From positions 128,001 to 192,000 of the forward strand of contig JBJKYD010000009.1 of the NCBI GenBank assembly GCA_045561295.1: 64,000 nucleotides of DNA. Reading direction: 5' to 3'. The position numbers and the translations under genes are program-made. Source of the DNA: Gammaproteobacteria bacterium. GTDB lineage: Bacteria > Pseudomonadota > Gammaproteobacteria > GCA-002705445 > GCA-002716945. Every line of letters starts with the position of its first letter. The first letter of the stretch is position 1. This document shows, one piece after another, positions 1 to 10,127 of this stretch. The notes below the pieces were generated by a model that made no database searches, had not been told where the DNA came from, and was given only the letters and a program-made list of their open reading frames with translations.

Positions 1-132
1 AGGTTTACCATCATAGTCAAGTTTAGGTTCTGAACCGTCTAGAATATCTTTTGCTCTTTGACTTGCTAGAGACACAATATCATATGCATTATCAATTCTT
101 TTTAAACAATCTTCTATAGTCACTCTTGCCAT
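1..132 (-). CDS. rpoZ: RNA polymerase omega subunit (5' part; runs off window start)
   Basis: Manual translation from ATG at 132: MARVTIEDCLKRIDNAYDIVSLASQRAKDILDGSEPKLDYDGKP, typical RpoZ N-terminus; downstream of gmk as usual. Not in ORF track. Confidence 0.95.
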   Translation of the reverse strand, partial: MARVTIEDCLKRIDNAYDIVSLASQRAKDILDGSEPKLDYDGKP

Positions 133-168
133 GAGGTCTGAGTATATCAGAATATTAGTACCTATCAA
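133..168 (-). promoter_or_regulatory. Putative sigma70 promoter of rpoZ
   Basis: Minus strand TTGATA (168-163), 16 nt, TGaTATACT (-10 at 146-141), 8 nt, ATG. Confidence 0.5.
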
Positions 169-171
169 CAT

Positions 172-765
172 TCAAAATTGCATATTTAACTTTACAATTT
201 CTTTATGTTTTTCAATTTTATTCAGTAAAATAAGCGACTTTAGAGAGGATAATGCCTTATTGAATTCATCATTAATAATCGTGAAATCTGAAAATTTACT
301 AAACTTAAGTTCATGAGATGCTTGTGATATTCTCCGACGAATAACTTCCTTTTCATCCAAGCCTCTATTAACTAACCTTTTTTCAAGCTCCTTAATATTT
401 GGAGGTAATATATATATAGATACAGCATTTGGCAGTGCCCTCTTTATGGATAACATTCCTTTATAATCTATTTCAAGTATGGCATCTTTTCCTGTGTCAT
501 TTATCTCCTTGATAGATTCATAAGTTGTTCCATAATAATTGTTATAAACTGCTTGGTATTCTATAAAATGTCCTAATTTGATTTTATTCAAAAAATCATT
601 CGTACTCACAAAATGATAATCTTTAAGATTTTCTTCCCCTTGTCTCATTTTACGCGTTGTGTAGGAGATAGTTTGCTCAACAGATATGTTTGCATGGCAT
701 AATTCTTTTACTAAACTTGTTTTGCCGCAACCAGATGGAGCACTTATAATGAAAATATTCGACAT
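172..765 (-). CDS. gmk: Guanylate kinase
   Basis: SAPSGCGKTS P-loop, SYTTRKMRQGE, YYGT, LEID motifs. Confidence 0.97.
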   Translation of the reverse strand: MSNIFIISAPSGCGKTSLVKELCHANISVEQTISYTTRKMRQGEENLKDYHFVSTNDFLNKIKLGHFIEYQAVYNNYYGTTYESIKEINDTGKDAILEIDYKGMLSIKRALPNAVSIYILPPNIKELEKRLVNRGLDEKEVIRRRISQASHELKFSKFSDFTIINDEFNKALSSLKSLILLNKIEKHKEIVKLNMQF

Positions 766-820
766 ATATCCTGTTAAATTAGAAATTCATAGTTTATCAT
801 AAGTTTCAGAGGAGAGGTAT

Positions 821-1483
821 ATGGGTGATCCATGGAAGTCAATAACACCTAAGGGTGTTCAAGCGTTTGTAAATGCAACACTTGCCACATTATTAGTATG
901 GTTATCTATTGAAAATCATTTGGCGATGGTTATTAATTACATGTCTAATATTTTATCCTCTCACACCGCAGGGTTATCTGCTTATTATGTGATAGTAGCA
1001 TTTGTACTTTATAAACTTCTCTATAAAAGAAGCTCATATGATGTAAATGAAAAACGTGCAACTAAGTACGCTATATTAACGATGTTACTAATATGGATTA
1101 CATGGGAAGGTTATCTACAATTTATTATACCCATTATGGGAATGATCGGAATATTTCCATCTCTTGCAAATTCACTAATCATAGGAACAGTAGCGTTTAC
1201 TGTTTTTATAACAATGTATTACGGCTTGCATGGAAAATACTTTACCACACTTATGTTGGAACATATGCCATGGGTAATTGCTCCCGATAAATTTCTACCT
1301 TTTTTCTGGCTGTGGATAAATGCGATAGTTGCAGGTTTACTCAATGCGTTTGATGTTAATGCTTTTTGGTACTTCGTGAATTTATTTTTCATCTTCCTCT
1401 TGCCATCCTTATTCATTGGTACCAAAGTTCAAGAGAAGCATGGACTACGTATTCAGAAAAAAGATGACTATTTTGATGAATAA
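821..1483 (+). CDS. Unknown multi-pass membrane protein (about 6 TM, internal repeat)
   Basis: 220 aa hydrophobic ORF, strong RBS GAGGAGAGGT, no family recognised. Confidence 0.8.
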   Translation: MGDPWKSITPKGVQAFVNATLATLLVWLSIENHLAMVINYMSNILSSHTAGLSAYYVIVAFVLYKLLYKRSSYDVNEKRATKYAILTMLLIWITWEGYLQFIIPIMGMIGIFPSLANSLIIGTVAFTVFITMYYGLHGKYFTTLMLEHMPWVIAPDKFLPFFWLWINAIVAGLLNAFDVNAFWYFVNLFFIFLLPSLFIGTKVQEKHGLRIQKKDDYFDE

Positions 1484-1485
1484 GT

Positions 1486-1818
1486 TTACTTACGATATTT
1501 ATCAGGAATAATCTCTATACCTAATTTATGTCCAACCTTGACAAGGAATGCAATAGCAAGTAGTCCTCCAGGAAGTGCAAAAACTCCTGCTAATCCAAGA
1601 CTCTTCAATAAATCAGAGAATTGCTTATTTGCAGTATCAAGTTCTTCTTTTGTAATCTCCTCATTATTTAGAACATATTTTTGATACACCTTTAGCATTT
1701 CATTTGATTCTTTTGTTTCATTAGAAAGAATTTCTTGAACTTTAGTTAAGCCTGATTTGATATTCTTATTTCCCTCCATAATTGAGGAATATAATTTGTT
1801 GAAAATATTAATATCCAT
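1486..1818 (-). CDS. Small hypothetical protein, LETM1-like C-terminal motif
   Basis: EELDTANKQFSDLLKSLGLAGVFALPGG...IIP resembles bacterial LETM1-related proteins (from memory). Confidence 0.55.
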   Translation of the reverse strand: MDINIFNKLYSSIMEGNKNIKSGLTKVQEILSNETKESNEMLKVYQKYVLNNEEITKEELDTANKQFSDLLKSLGLAGVFALPGGLLAIAFLVKVGHKLGIEIIPDKYRK

Positions 1819-1862
1819 TTTTTTCTAAATAGTAAAAACTTAGTTCTGTTATACAATGTAGT

Positions 1863-2336
1863 ATGGTTAAATTATTTTATCTAGTATTAATAACTATAAT
1901 GTCAATTTCCACAGATGTTTTATCGGACAATGATATTGGTTATAAATATTACCAGAAAGGTAATTATGAAAAAGCTCTTAAGATTTGGACTGTTGAAGCA
2001 GAAGAAGGTAATAAGGAAGCTATTTACAATATAGGTTTATTATATTTTTTTGGAAATGGAGTTGAAAAAAACTTACCGTTAGCATTTGAATACTGTCAAA
2101 AATCTGCTTTTATGGGCTCACCTAGAGCACAAAATAATCTTGCTTTTATGTATAATAAAGGTTTAGGTGTTGAGAAAAGTTACATTGACTCTTATGTATG
2201 GGCTTCTGTTGCAATCAAGCATGGATATAATTCACAACTGATTAGAGATGATGCTAGAATACAGTTAACTCCCGCAATGTTGCGTGATGCTAGAAAACTT
2301 TTCACTGATATTATCAAGGATATTAATAATGAATGA
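1863..2336 (+). CDS. Exported Sel1/TPR-repeat protein
   Basis: Signal peptide; AIYNIGLLYFFGNGVEKN and AQNNLAFMYNKGLGVEKS Sel1 repeats. Confidence 0.9.
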   Translation: MVKLFYLVLITIMSISTDVLSDNDIGYKYYQKGNYEKALKIWTVEAEEGNKEAIYNIGLLYFFGNGVEKNLPLAFEYCQKSAFMGSPRAQNNLAFMYNKGLGVEKSYIDSYVWASVAIKHGYNSQLIRDDARIQLTPAMLRDARKLFTDIIKDINNE

Positions 2337-2700
2337 ATTAATAGAAATTAATGTTGAAACTACATATTTAAGTAGTGAGTCTAATCCAGATGAAAACAAA
2401 TACTACTTTTTATATACAGTATTAATAAAAAATAATAGTCAAAAGAAGACGAAATTATTATCCAGGCATTGGGTTATAAAAGATGACAATGGAAAAATTC
2501 AAGATGTTAAAGGGGAGGGAGTTATAGGCGAACAACCTGATATTAATCCTGGAGAAGAGTTTCAATATACAAGCGGTACCATGATTGAAACATCGCTTGG
2601 TACTATGAAAGGTAGTTATCATATGATTGATGATGAGGATAATTACTTTGATGCAAAAATACCAGAGTTTGTACTAACCATACCCAGAGTTATTCATTGA
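2329..2700 (+). CDS. apaG: ApaG protein
   Basis: LLSRHWVIKD, VKGEGVIGEQP, FQYTSG motifs; start revised to ATG 2329. Confidence 0.95.
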   Translation: MNELIEINVETTYLSSESNPDENKYYFLYTVLIKNNSQKKTKLLSRHWVIKDDNGKIQDVKGEGVIGEQPDINPGEEFQYTSGTMIETSLGTMKGSYHMIDDEDNYFDAKIPEFVLTIPRVIH

Positions 2701-3176
2701 GCTTGATAAGTTAAATAAGAATACGAAAATTTATTAACTAAATCATAGTTTCTAGTCTCGCTTATTAGTGCCCACCTAGACAAGTCATAATTTGGAAAAT
2801 ATGTGTCCCCTTCAAATTTTTTATGAATAATAGTAAGGATCAAATATTCACTGTAGTTTAATGCGATTTCGTATATTTTAGAGCCTCCTATTATAAATAT
2901 ATCTTTACTGTCATCACATGCCGCGAGTGCAGCTTCAAAGCTGGATACAACCTTAGCGTCTTTGATTGTCAAAGAAGTATTTGTAGATATTATAATATTA
3001 TTTCTTTGTTCTAAAGTTTTGCCTATTGAATCAAAAGTTTTTCTTCCCATCACAACATTATGATTCAGTGTAAGCCCCTTAAATCTCTTAAGCTCCCCTT
3101 TTATAAACCAAGGTATTTTGCCATCATATCCAATTACTCGGTTACTACTTAATGCTGAAATTATCTTTATTGACAT
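2694..3176 (-). CDS. folA: Dihydrofolate reductase
   Basis: VIGYDGKIPW, VMGRKTFDSI, IIGG, GDTYFP. Confidence 0.97.
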   Translation of the reverse strand: MSIKIISALSSNRVIGYDGKIPWFIKGELKRFKGLTLNHNVVMGRKTFDSIGKTLEQRNNIIISTNTSLTIKDAKVVSSFEAALAACDDSKDIFIIGGSKIYEIALNYSEYLILTIIHKKFEGDTYFPNYDLSRWALISETRNYDLVNKFSYSYLTYQAQ

Positions 3177-3181
3177 GGACT

Positions 3182-3976
3182 TTACACCGAGACCGGAGCT
3201 TTGATATGATCGTAAGGTTCATAGTTCATTAATTGAATATCTTTATATTGATATGAAAAAATATCATCATATTTATTAATAATCTTTATTTTAGGAAGTA
3301 CACGAGGCTGTCTTTCTAATTGTAATTTAGCTTGTTCAATATGATTACTATAAAGGTGAGCATCGCCAAGTGTATGGATGAAGTCTCCTAATTCTAAATC
3401 TAGAGTATTTGCAATTAATACTGTAAGTAATGCGTATGATGCAATATTAAAGGGTACTCCAAGAAAAACATCAGCGCTTCTTTGGTACAGTTGACATGAT
3501 AAATGATCATTAATTATATAAAATTGGAATAGTGCATGGCATGGTGGAAGTTTCATTTTATCAATATCACCCACGTTCCATGCAGAAACTATATGTCTCC
3601 TAGAATCTGGATTTTTTCTTAGAGAATCCATGAGGTTTGAGATCTGATCTATGTCTTGTCCCTCAGAATCTTTCCATGATCTCCACTGAACACCATAAAC
3701 TCTTCCTAGATCTCCATTTTCATCAGCCCATTCATCCCAAATACTTACATTATTATCTTTTAGATATTTTATATTAGATTCACCTTTAAGGAACCATAAA
3801 AGCTCATGAACGACCGATGGAAAATGTATCTTCTTAGTTGTTATTAATGGAAATCCTTCTTTAAGATTGAATCTCATTTGATGACCAAAATAAGACAGAG
3901 TTCCAGTTCCAGTCCTATCATTTTTTTTAGAGCCATGTTCTAATAATTTTTTTAATAAGTTTTGGTATTCTTTCAT
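3182..3976 (-). CDS. thyA: Thymidylate synthase
   Basis: [26 protein letters not shown]. Confidence 0.98.
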   Translation of the reverse strand: MKEYQNLLKKLLEHGSKKNDRTGTGTLSYFGHQMRFNLKEGFPLITTKKIHFPSVVHELLWFLKGESNIKYLKDNNVSIWDEWADENGDLGRVYGVQWRSWKDSEGQDIDQISNLMDSLRKNPDSRRHIVSAWNVGDIDKMKLPPCHALFQFYIINDHLSCQLYQRSADVFLGVPFNIASYALLTVLIANTLDLELGDFIHTLGDAHLYSNHIEQAKLQLERQPRVLPKIKIINKYDDIFSYQYKDIQLMNYEPYDHIKAPVSV

Positions 3977-4746
3977 GTTGATTTTCTATTAATTAATATT
4001 ATACCGATAACAAGCATTGGAACTGTCAAAAGTTGTCCCATTGTAACCCAATCAGAATAAATATATCCAATATGTGCATCCGGTAATCTTACAAATTCTA
4101 TAATGAACCTGAATATTCCATATAGTAAAAGAAAATAACCACTTATTATTCCTGTAGTAAATTTTTTTTTGCTTATTAGGAATAAAATTATAAAAAGAAT
4201 AATTCCCTCTAGGAGTGCTTCATATAACATGGAAGGATGGCGAGGATAAGAATCAATTGTAGGAAAGACAACACCCCATGATCCAGATGTTTTTATGCCA
4301 TAAAGTTCAGAATTAATAAAATTACCAACTCTACCAAAAAATAATCCTATAGGCGCATATAGACATATAATATCTGCAATCTCAAAAAATTTTAATGCAT
4401 TTTTTTGAGCTACATATGATATTCCTACAACTACTCCTATCAAACCTCCATGAAAAGACATTCCACCTTCCCAGAGATAAAATATTTTTTCAGGATTTGA
4501 AAAATAATAACTAGGATCATAAAAAAGTATATATCCTATTCTTCCACCTAAAATAGCGAAAATCAGCATAACTATTGTAAATTTTTCTGCTTGATCTTTG
4601 GATAAGATGATTTTTTTATTTTTTGAAGCAGTCACTATTAAATAGTCTATAATAATGAAAGACAGCGCATACATGAAACCATACCAATATAGTTTTATTG
4701 AAAATAATTCGAACATTATAGGATTAATATTATGAATATATGTCAT
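3973..4746 (-). CDS. lgt: Prolipoprotein diacylglyceryl transferase
   Basis: [33 protein letters not shown]; start revised to ATG 4746 (MTYIHNINP). Confidence 0.96.
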   Translation of the reverse strand: MTYIHNINPIMFELFSIKLYWYGFMYALSFIIIDYLIVTASKNKKIILSKDQAEKFTIVMLIFAILGGRIGYILFYDPSYYFSNPEKIFYLWEGGMSFHGGLIGVVVGISYVAQKNALKFFEIADIICLYAPIGLFFGRVGNFINSELYGIKTSGSWGVVFPTIDSYPRHPSMLYEALLEGIILFIILFLISKKKFTTGIISGYFLLLYGIFRFIIEFVRLPDAHIGYIYSDWVTMGQLLTVPMLVIGIILINRKST

Positions 4747-4781
4747 GGGTAGTATTAGATTATAACAGTAAGAAAATATAT

Positions 4782-6779
4782 ATGAGTGAAACAAACAAAC
4801 TAAATAAAGAAAAAAGTTTATATCTGCGCCAACATGCAGATAATCCAGTATTTTGGTACCCATGGGGTCAAGATGCATTTGATGATGCAAAAAAAATGAA
4901 TAAACCAATTATGTTATCAATAGGTTATTCTGCATGCCATTGGTGTCATGTTATGGCACATGAATCTTTTGAAGATTCAGAAACAGCAAGTGTTCTTAAT
5001 AGTGGCTTTATAAATATCAAAGTTGATAGAGAGGAAAGGCCAGATATAGATAAAATCTATCAAATGTCGCAATCAATAATAACTGGGAAAAATGGTGGCT
5101 GGCCCCTAACGATTTTCATGGATCACAATAAGTTCCCATTTTTTGGAGGTACATATTTTCCTAAAGAGGATAAATACGGCATGTTATCTTTTAAAAAGAT
5201 TTTAAACAGAGTACTAGATTTTTATAGCAATAATAAAGAGGAAATAAAAAATCAAAATGTTAGTGTGCTTGAAGTTTTTAATAAATTACAGGACAGAGAG
5301 TCTAGAGAAGACGCTATAGATAAAAATACAGTCAATCAATTAAAAACTCAACTTGACTCTATTGTTGATACAATTAATGGTGGATTTGGTTCAGCACCTA
5401 AGTTTCCACACTTTCCCTCATTATCATTTAGTGTAGATAATTGCACATCGGATTTGGATAGAAAAAAAATAAAGTTTACTCTGGATAGGATGTGTATGAG
5501 TGGAATAAATGATCCGGTTGATGGTGGATTTTTTCGATATTCTGTTGATGACTTATGGATGATACCTCACTTCGAGAAAATGCTTTACGATAACGGTCCA
5601 ATGATGAGCGTTTTATGTGATGGATATAACAAATTTAATGATTCATTTTATCTGAAAAAAGCTTACGAAATCTTTAATTGGGTAAGTAATTCTATGACAT
5701 CGGATCTTGGTGGTTTTTATTCAACTATAGATGCAGATTCTGAAGGAGAAGAGGGAAAGTTTTACGTATTTTCAGAAGATGAATTAAAAAATAATTTTAA
5801 TGAGACAGAGCTAAATTTAATAAATCACTATTTTACAGACTCGGGTAAAAAGAACTTTGAGGGCTCATACCATTTGCATGTATATAGAAAAAAGGAGGTT
5901 GATTTCAAAGAAAATATTGATAACTTCGAAAGTATATTGAAAAAGTTATCTAATCTGAGAAAGGATAAGGTCATGCCTGGAATAGATACAAAAGTATTAT
6001 TATCATGGAACTGTTTATACATAAAAGGACTTATTAAGCTCTATAAAGTATCAAAAGATAAAAATGTTTTGGATGTTATAAATAGAGCTTTTACATTTAT
6101 ATTTGAATCTATGATAACAGATAAAGAGATTTACTCATGCTTTAATGAAGAAGCCTGTTTCCCGGGTTATCTTGATGACTATGCCCTTCTGCTATCGTCT
6201 TTAATTGACTATCTTACTATTGAATGGAGTAACAAGCATTATGAGGTTAGCAAAAGAATTTGTGAAAATTTGATTAATAATTTTGAAGACATCAAAAAAG
6301 GTGGTTACTTTTTTACATCGAATAATCATGAGAAATTATTCTATAGACCTAAATCTATATCCGATGATTCTGTCCCCTCCGGTTTAGTTTATGCTACAGA
6401 TGGCTTACTACAAATGGGTTACATATCTGGAGAACAAAAATTTATTGAATCAGCACATAAATCAGTTAATTATATACGCAAATCATTTGGAGATAATATG
6501 ACCTCGAATGTGAGTGCGATAAATCTACTTCATGAGGATAATCTTGATAGGGAGATAATAATAGTAAGATGTGACGAAAGTTCTTGGAAGAAAATTATTA
6601 AAGAAAAAATATATCAACGTAAGTTTATGATTTATATAAACAAGGATATTAAAGATTTACCGGATGCCATTGAATCAAAGAAAAATATAGGTGATTTTTC
6701 AGCATATATATGTAGAGGGATGACTTGCCAAAAGCCAATAACTAATTTACAAGACTTTATAGACTCTATATATGTTTAA
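4782..6779 (+). CDS. Thioredoxin-domain / alpha-alpha barrel protein (YyaL/SPATA20 family)
   Basis: [45 protein letters not shown]; start revised to 4782. Confidence 0.92.
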   Translation: MSETNKLNKEKSLYLRQHADNPVFWYPWGQDAFDDAKKMNKPIMLSIGYSACHWCHVMAHESFEDSETASVLNSGFINIKVDREERPDIDKIYQMSQSIITGKNGGWPLTIFMDHNKFPFFGGTYFPKEDKYGMLSFKKILNRVLDFYSNNKEEIKNQNVSVLEVFNKLQDRESREDAIDKNTVNQLKTQLDSIVDTINGGFGSAPKFPHFPSLSFSVDNCTSDLDRKKIKFTLDRMCMSGINDPVDGGFFRYSVDDLWMIPHFEKMLYDNGPMMSVLCDGYNKFNDSFYLKKAYEIFNWVSNSMTSDLGGFYSTIDADSEGEEGKFYVFSEDELKNNFNETELNLINHYFTDSGKKNFEGSYHLHVYRKKEVDFKENIDNFESILKKLSNLRKDKVMPGIDTKVLLSWNCLYIKGLIKLYKVSKDKNVLDVINRAFTFIFESMITDKEIYSCFNEEACFPGYLDDYALLLSSLIDYLTIEWSNKHYEVSKRICENLINNFEDIKKGGYFFTSNNHEKLFYRPKSISDDSVPSGLVYATDGLLQMGYISGEQKFIESAHKSVNYIRKSFGDNMTSNVSAINLLHEDNLDREIIIVRCDESSWKKIIKEKIYQRKFMIYINKDIKDLPDAIESKKNIGDFSAYICRGMTCQKPITNLQDFIDSIYV

Positions 6780-7545
6780 AATAATTTTGTCTGCTGGCTT
6801 GTTATCAATCAGACTTCCATTTTTATTACTATTAATAATCTTTGGCTTAATTACTATTACATTCTATCCAAAAGATATTAGATTTTTTAAAAAACAACAT
6901 TTTTCTATCATGATGATGTGGATGAAGTGTCTCTCAATGATACTAGGATTGAAGACGAAAATTATAGGACAAGTTGATACAACTGCAGATTTATATGTAT
7001 CTAATCACGTTACATATCTAGATATTATTATATTAAATAAAATGCTACCTGTGAATTTTATAGCTAAAGAAGAAATTTCAAAATGGCCAATTATTGGGAG
7101 TCTAGCTTCTAAAACTGGTACGCTATTTATAAAAAGAGGAGATAATATTGCATCCACAAAGATGGTTGATGAGATGCAAAATCGATTCAAGTTAAAAAAT
7201 AAAATTATTTTCTTCCCTGAAGGCAAAATAGGGAATGGAGAAAAAATAAAAAAATTTCATTCCAAGCTTTTTAAATCAATTGAAAATAAAGATATGACAA
7301 TACAGCCTATTGCAATAAGGTACCCAAAAGATTATCCGGAAAATACTAACTATTCGGAAGAAATATCAAATAAAAGTGAAAATGGAGAAATGATAAGATT
7401 ATATTTTGATTTTCTGATGAGACCTCAGTCTCATGTAATACTTCATTTCCTTAATAAGGTAAATACACGAGACTATAATGCTTTGACTATTACTAACGTT
7501 TTAGCTGATAACATTAATGAAAAACTAAGTGATTTAAATTCTTAA
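6772..7545 (+). CDS. Lysophospholipid acyltransferase (PlsC/OlsA family)
   Basis: NHVTYLD, FIAK, FFPEG motifs. Confidence 0.88.
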   Translation: MFKIILSAGLLSIRLPFLLLLIIFGLITITFYPKDIRFFKKQHFSIMMMWMKCLSMILGLKTKIIGQVDTTADLYVSNHVTYLDIIILNKMLPVNFIAKEEISKWPIIGSLASKTGTLFIKRGDNIASTKMVDEMQNRFKLKNKIIFFPEGKIGNGEKIKKFHSKLFKSIENKDMTIQPIAIRYPKDYPENTNYSEEISNKSENGEMIRLYFDFLMRPQSHVILHFLNKVNTRDYNALTITNVLADNINEKLSDLNS

Positions 7546-7883
7546 ATCATTCCCCTTTTATCTGCCTCTCCACCTATGTTAACTTCTACAGTAATATCAG
7601 ATGTTGGTGTCCATTGACAAGCAATGACCATACCGTTATCCATTTCATCTTTTTTAAGTAGAGCAGTTGGATCACATGGACTTGATGGATATTTACCCTC
7701 TCCTTCTGTGATTGTAGCTCTGCATGAGCCACAGCTTCCAACTTTACATGAACATGGCCATGCAATATTTTGCCTCAATGCTGCTTTCATGAGCAATTCA
7801 TTTGGTTCACACATAAATGTCTCGCCAGATCCTTTGACGGTAACTTTTACAGGTTCCTTTTTTTTGAATAATCCGAATACCAT
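7542..7883 (-). CDS. Stand-alone plant-type 2Fe-2S ferredoxin, XylA-like N-terminal domain
   Basis: CKVGSCGSC...IACQ; RBS GGAGG; own upstream spacer. Confidence 0.92.
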   Translation of the reverse strand: MVFGLFKKKEPVKVTVKGSGETFMCEPNELLMKAALRQNIAWPCSCKVGSCGSCRATITEGEGKYPSSPCDPTALLKKDEMDNGMVIACQWTPTSDITVEVNIGGEADKRGMI

Positions 7884-7959
7884 AATTCCCTCCGTATGAA
7901 TAATTGCGAATATTTAAGAAAACACTATAACATAACTGTAAGCTTCAAATATAGGTCTT

Positions 7960-9267
7960 TCAGCTAAATAATGCACCTCTGATGCGATTAAGTGAAATAT
8001 AAAGCAATATGCTTCTAGAAATAAAGAATAATATAAAAGGGTACCAAATCATATTTGAATAACTAATCTCTAAAAGGTAGAAACTAGATAGATAGACTAT
8101 GCCAGATAGAACCATTACATTTCTCATCCTTACATGTTGTAAAGCGCCTATTAATATCCCATCTATACAGAAAGCAATTGAACCAAATATTACTGTCATA
8201 TATAGAAATATAATATTTTGTTGAGCAGATGCGATGACATTGATATGAGTCGTAATACTATAAATAATGTGATTTGAAAATATTAAGAAAAATAATAAAA
8301 ACATGATAGCTATGGAGAGTGTAAGTTTGAAGCTTGAAACAATCGATGTATCATATTTTGTAACATTCCTTTCACCTACAGAATTACCTACCATCACTTC
8401 GGTCGCGTGAGCAAATGCATCTATTCCATAAGAAAAAATGAAGAAAAAGTTTAATAAGATTGTATTTGCAGCAAGTATTATCTCACCATAATCTGCACTA
8501 AGACTCATGAAATGGGCAAAGCATGTCATAAGTATAATGGATCTTATAAACATGTTTCCATTCACTATTAGTTTATTCTTTAACTTTGAGAAATTTATTA
8601 TTGACGATAAGAATACTTTCTTGTTCACAAACCTTTTATCATTAAATACATAGAAACTTATGAATATAATTATCGATGATTCTGCTATAAGTGATGCATA
8701 CGCAACTCCTTCAATACTCATAAGTAACACATATACAAATAAATAATCTAAAACTATATTCAAGAGGTTCACAGAAATTATTATTTTCATAGCCATGGAC
8801 ACTTTCTTAACTCCAATTAGATAACCAATGAAAATATCTCGAAGGAATATTGCAGGTATTGACCAAAATCTTATATCTAGGTAAATTCTTGCATTATCAT
8901 TAATCGGTCCAGTTTCGCCTACAATGGACAATGAGTAATTTATTAAATTATCTTTGAAGAGTATTAACAGAAAAGATATTAATGACGAAATGATAAATAT
9001 CTGATAAATGCTACTAACTGTTTTTTCATGTGATAGATGATCAAGTTGAGAGATATAGCCTGTTGTGGTTGATTTGATAAAACCAAAACTGAAAAGTATA
9101 TAACTCATTATAATTGCGCCTAGCCCTGCAGATGCAAGATAAAGTGGACTATTAAGATGTCCTAGTACAGCGTTATCTACCAGCCCTACAAGAGGAACAG
9201 ATAGATTAGAAAATATTAATGGGATTGCTATTTTTAGGATTTGCCTATCAGTGGCATTTAAAAACAT
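7960..9267 (-). CDS. dinF: MATE family efflux transporter (DinF-like)
   Basis: IAIPLIFSNLSVPLVGLVDNAVLGHL, SYGIDAFAHATE. Confidence 0.85.
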   Translation of the reverse strand: MFLNATDRQILKIAIPLIFSNLSVPLVGLVDNAVLGHLNSPLYLASAGLGAIIMSYILFSFGFIKSTTTGYISQLDHLSHEKTVSSIYQIFIISSLISFLLILFKDNLINYSLSIVGETGPINDNARIYLDIRFWSIPAIFLRDIFIGYLIGVKKVSMAMKIIISVNLLNIVLDYLFVYVLLMSIEGVAYASLIAESSIIIFISFYVFNDKRFVNKKVFLSSIINFSKLKNKLIVNGNMFIRSIILMTCFAHFMSLSADYGEIILAANTILLNFFFIFSYGIDAFAHATEVMVGNSVGERNVTKYDTSIVSSFKLTLSIAIMFLLFFLIFSNHIIYSITTHINVIASAQQNIIFLYMTVIFGSIAFCIDGILIGALQHVRMRNVMVLSGIVYLSSFYLLEISYSNMIWYPFILFFISRSILLYISLNRIRGALFS

Positions 9268-9269
9268 AG

Positions 9270-9437
9270 CTATGTGATTTCTATCATATCAAAGTCAGAT
9301 TTTGTAGCACCACAGTCAGGACACATCCACGTATCAGGTACATCCTCCCATTTAGTTCCAGGCTGGATATCATCTTCAGGCCATCCACTTGCCTCATCAT
9401 AAATAAGGCCACATATTAAACAGAGATACTTTTTCAT
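9270..9437 (-). CDS. Rubredoxin (55 aa)
   Basis: Manual translation [55 protein letters not shown]; two CxxCG motifs. Below ORF-track length cutoff. Confidence 0.96.
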   Translation of the reverse strand: MKKYLCLICGLIYDEASGWPEDDIQPGTKWEDVPDTWMCPDCGATKSDFDMIEIT

Positions 9438-9488
9438 AATTTCGTAAAGATTAACTTCTTAGTTATAATTAATCAATATAAAGATACT

Positions 9489-10127
9489 ATGAAAAATAAA
9501 CTTACAGGCATTTACCCAATATCACCAAACTATATAGATTCGGATAGTGAATACTTAGAAAAATGTTTTATCGTAATTAATAGTGGCATATCTATATTTC
9601 AATTCAGAGCGCCAAATATTTCCTCTAGAAAAAGGAGGTTTCTTCTAAATAACATCTATAAATATTGTATTGATGCCGAAGTTCAACTAATTATAAATAA
9701 TGATTACTATTTGATTAAAAATTATGAAGGCGCTGGTATTCATGTTGGAAGGAAGGATTTATCATTAAAAAATATAAAAAAAAGAATGGGGTCTGATGTA
9801 ATCATTGGATACTCATGTGGATCAGATATTAACAGCTTCAATGAAATGAAAGAATATAATATCTCCTATTTTTCTGTTGGTGCAGCATTCCCAAGCAAAA
9901 CAAAGAAAGGTACAAATACATTGACGGACGAGATAGTTAAAGATTTTTATAAAGTTAAGAATATTCCGATGTGTATAATCGGTGGAATAGATATAAGTAA
10001 TATTAGCTCTGCTACAATTTATAAACCTGACATGATTGCTATTAGTAATGGTATTTTTAGAGAAGATGTGGATAATATAAAAAAAACAATACATGCACTA
10101 AAAGGATTTATTAATGAAAAGTATTAA
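9489..10127 (+). CDS. thiE: Thiamine-phosphate synthase (divergent)
   Basis: QFR, LIINND, GIHVGRKD, FPSKTK, IIGGI; adjacent to hemL. Confidence 0.85.
   Translation: MKNKLTGIYPISPNYIDSDSEYLEKCFIVINSGISIFQFRAPNISSRKRRFLLNNIYKYCIDAEVQLIINNDYYLIKNYEGAGIHVGRKDLSLKNIKKRMGSDVIIGYSCGSDINSFNEMKEYNISYFSVGAAFPSKTKKGTNTLTDEIVKDFYKVKNIPMCIIGGIDISNISSATIYKPDMIAISNGIFREDVDNIKKTIHALKGFINEKY

Noticed and set aside
131-316. 61-aa plus-strand ORF
   Set aside because: Antisense to gmk and the rpoZ promoter; no RBS or motif.
821-1483. Membrane ORF as a rhodopsin or pMMO/AMO subunit
   Set aside because: No helix-7 retinal Lys motif (DxxxK followed by a hydrophobic helix end), about six helices, and no PmoA/PmoC signature motifs recognised.
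4740-4908. Apparent 169-nt head-to-head overlap of lgt and the YyaL-family gene
   Set aside because: Artefact of longest-ORF starts; homology-consistent starts are 4746 and 4782.
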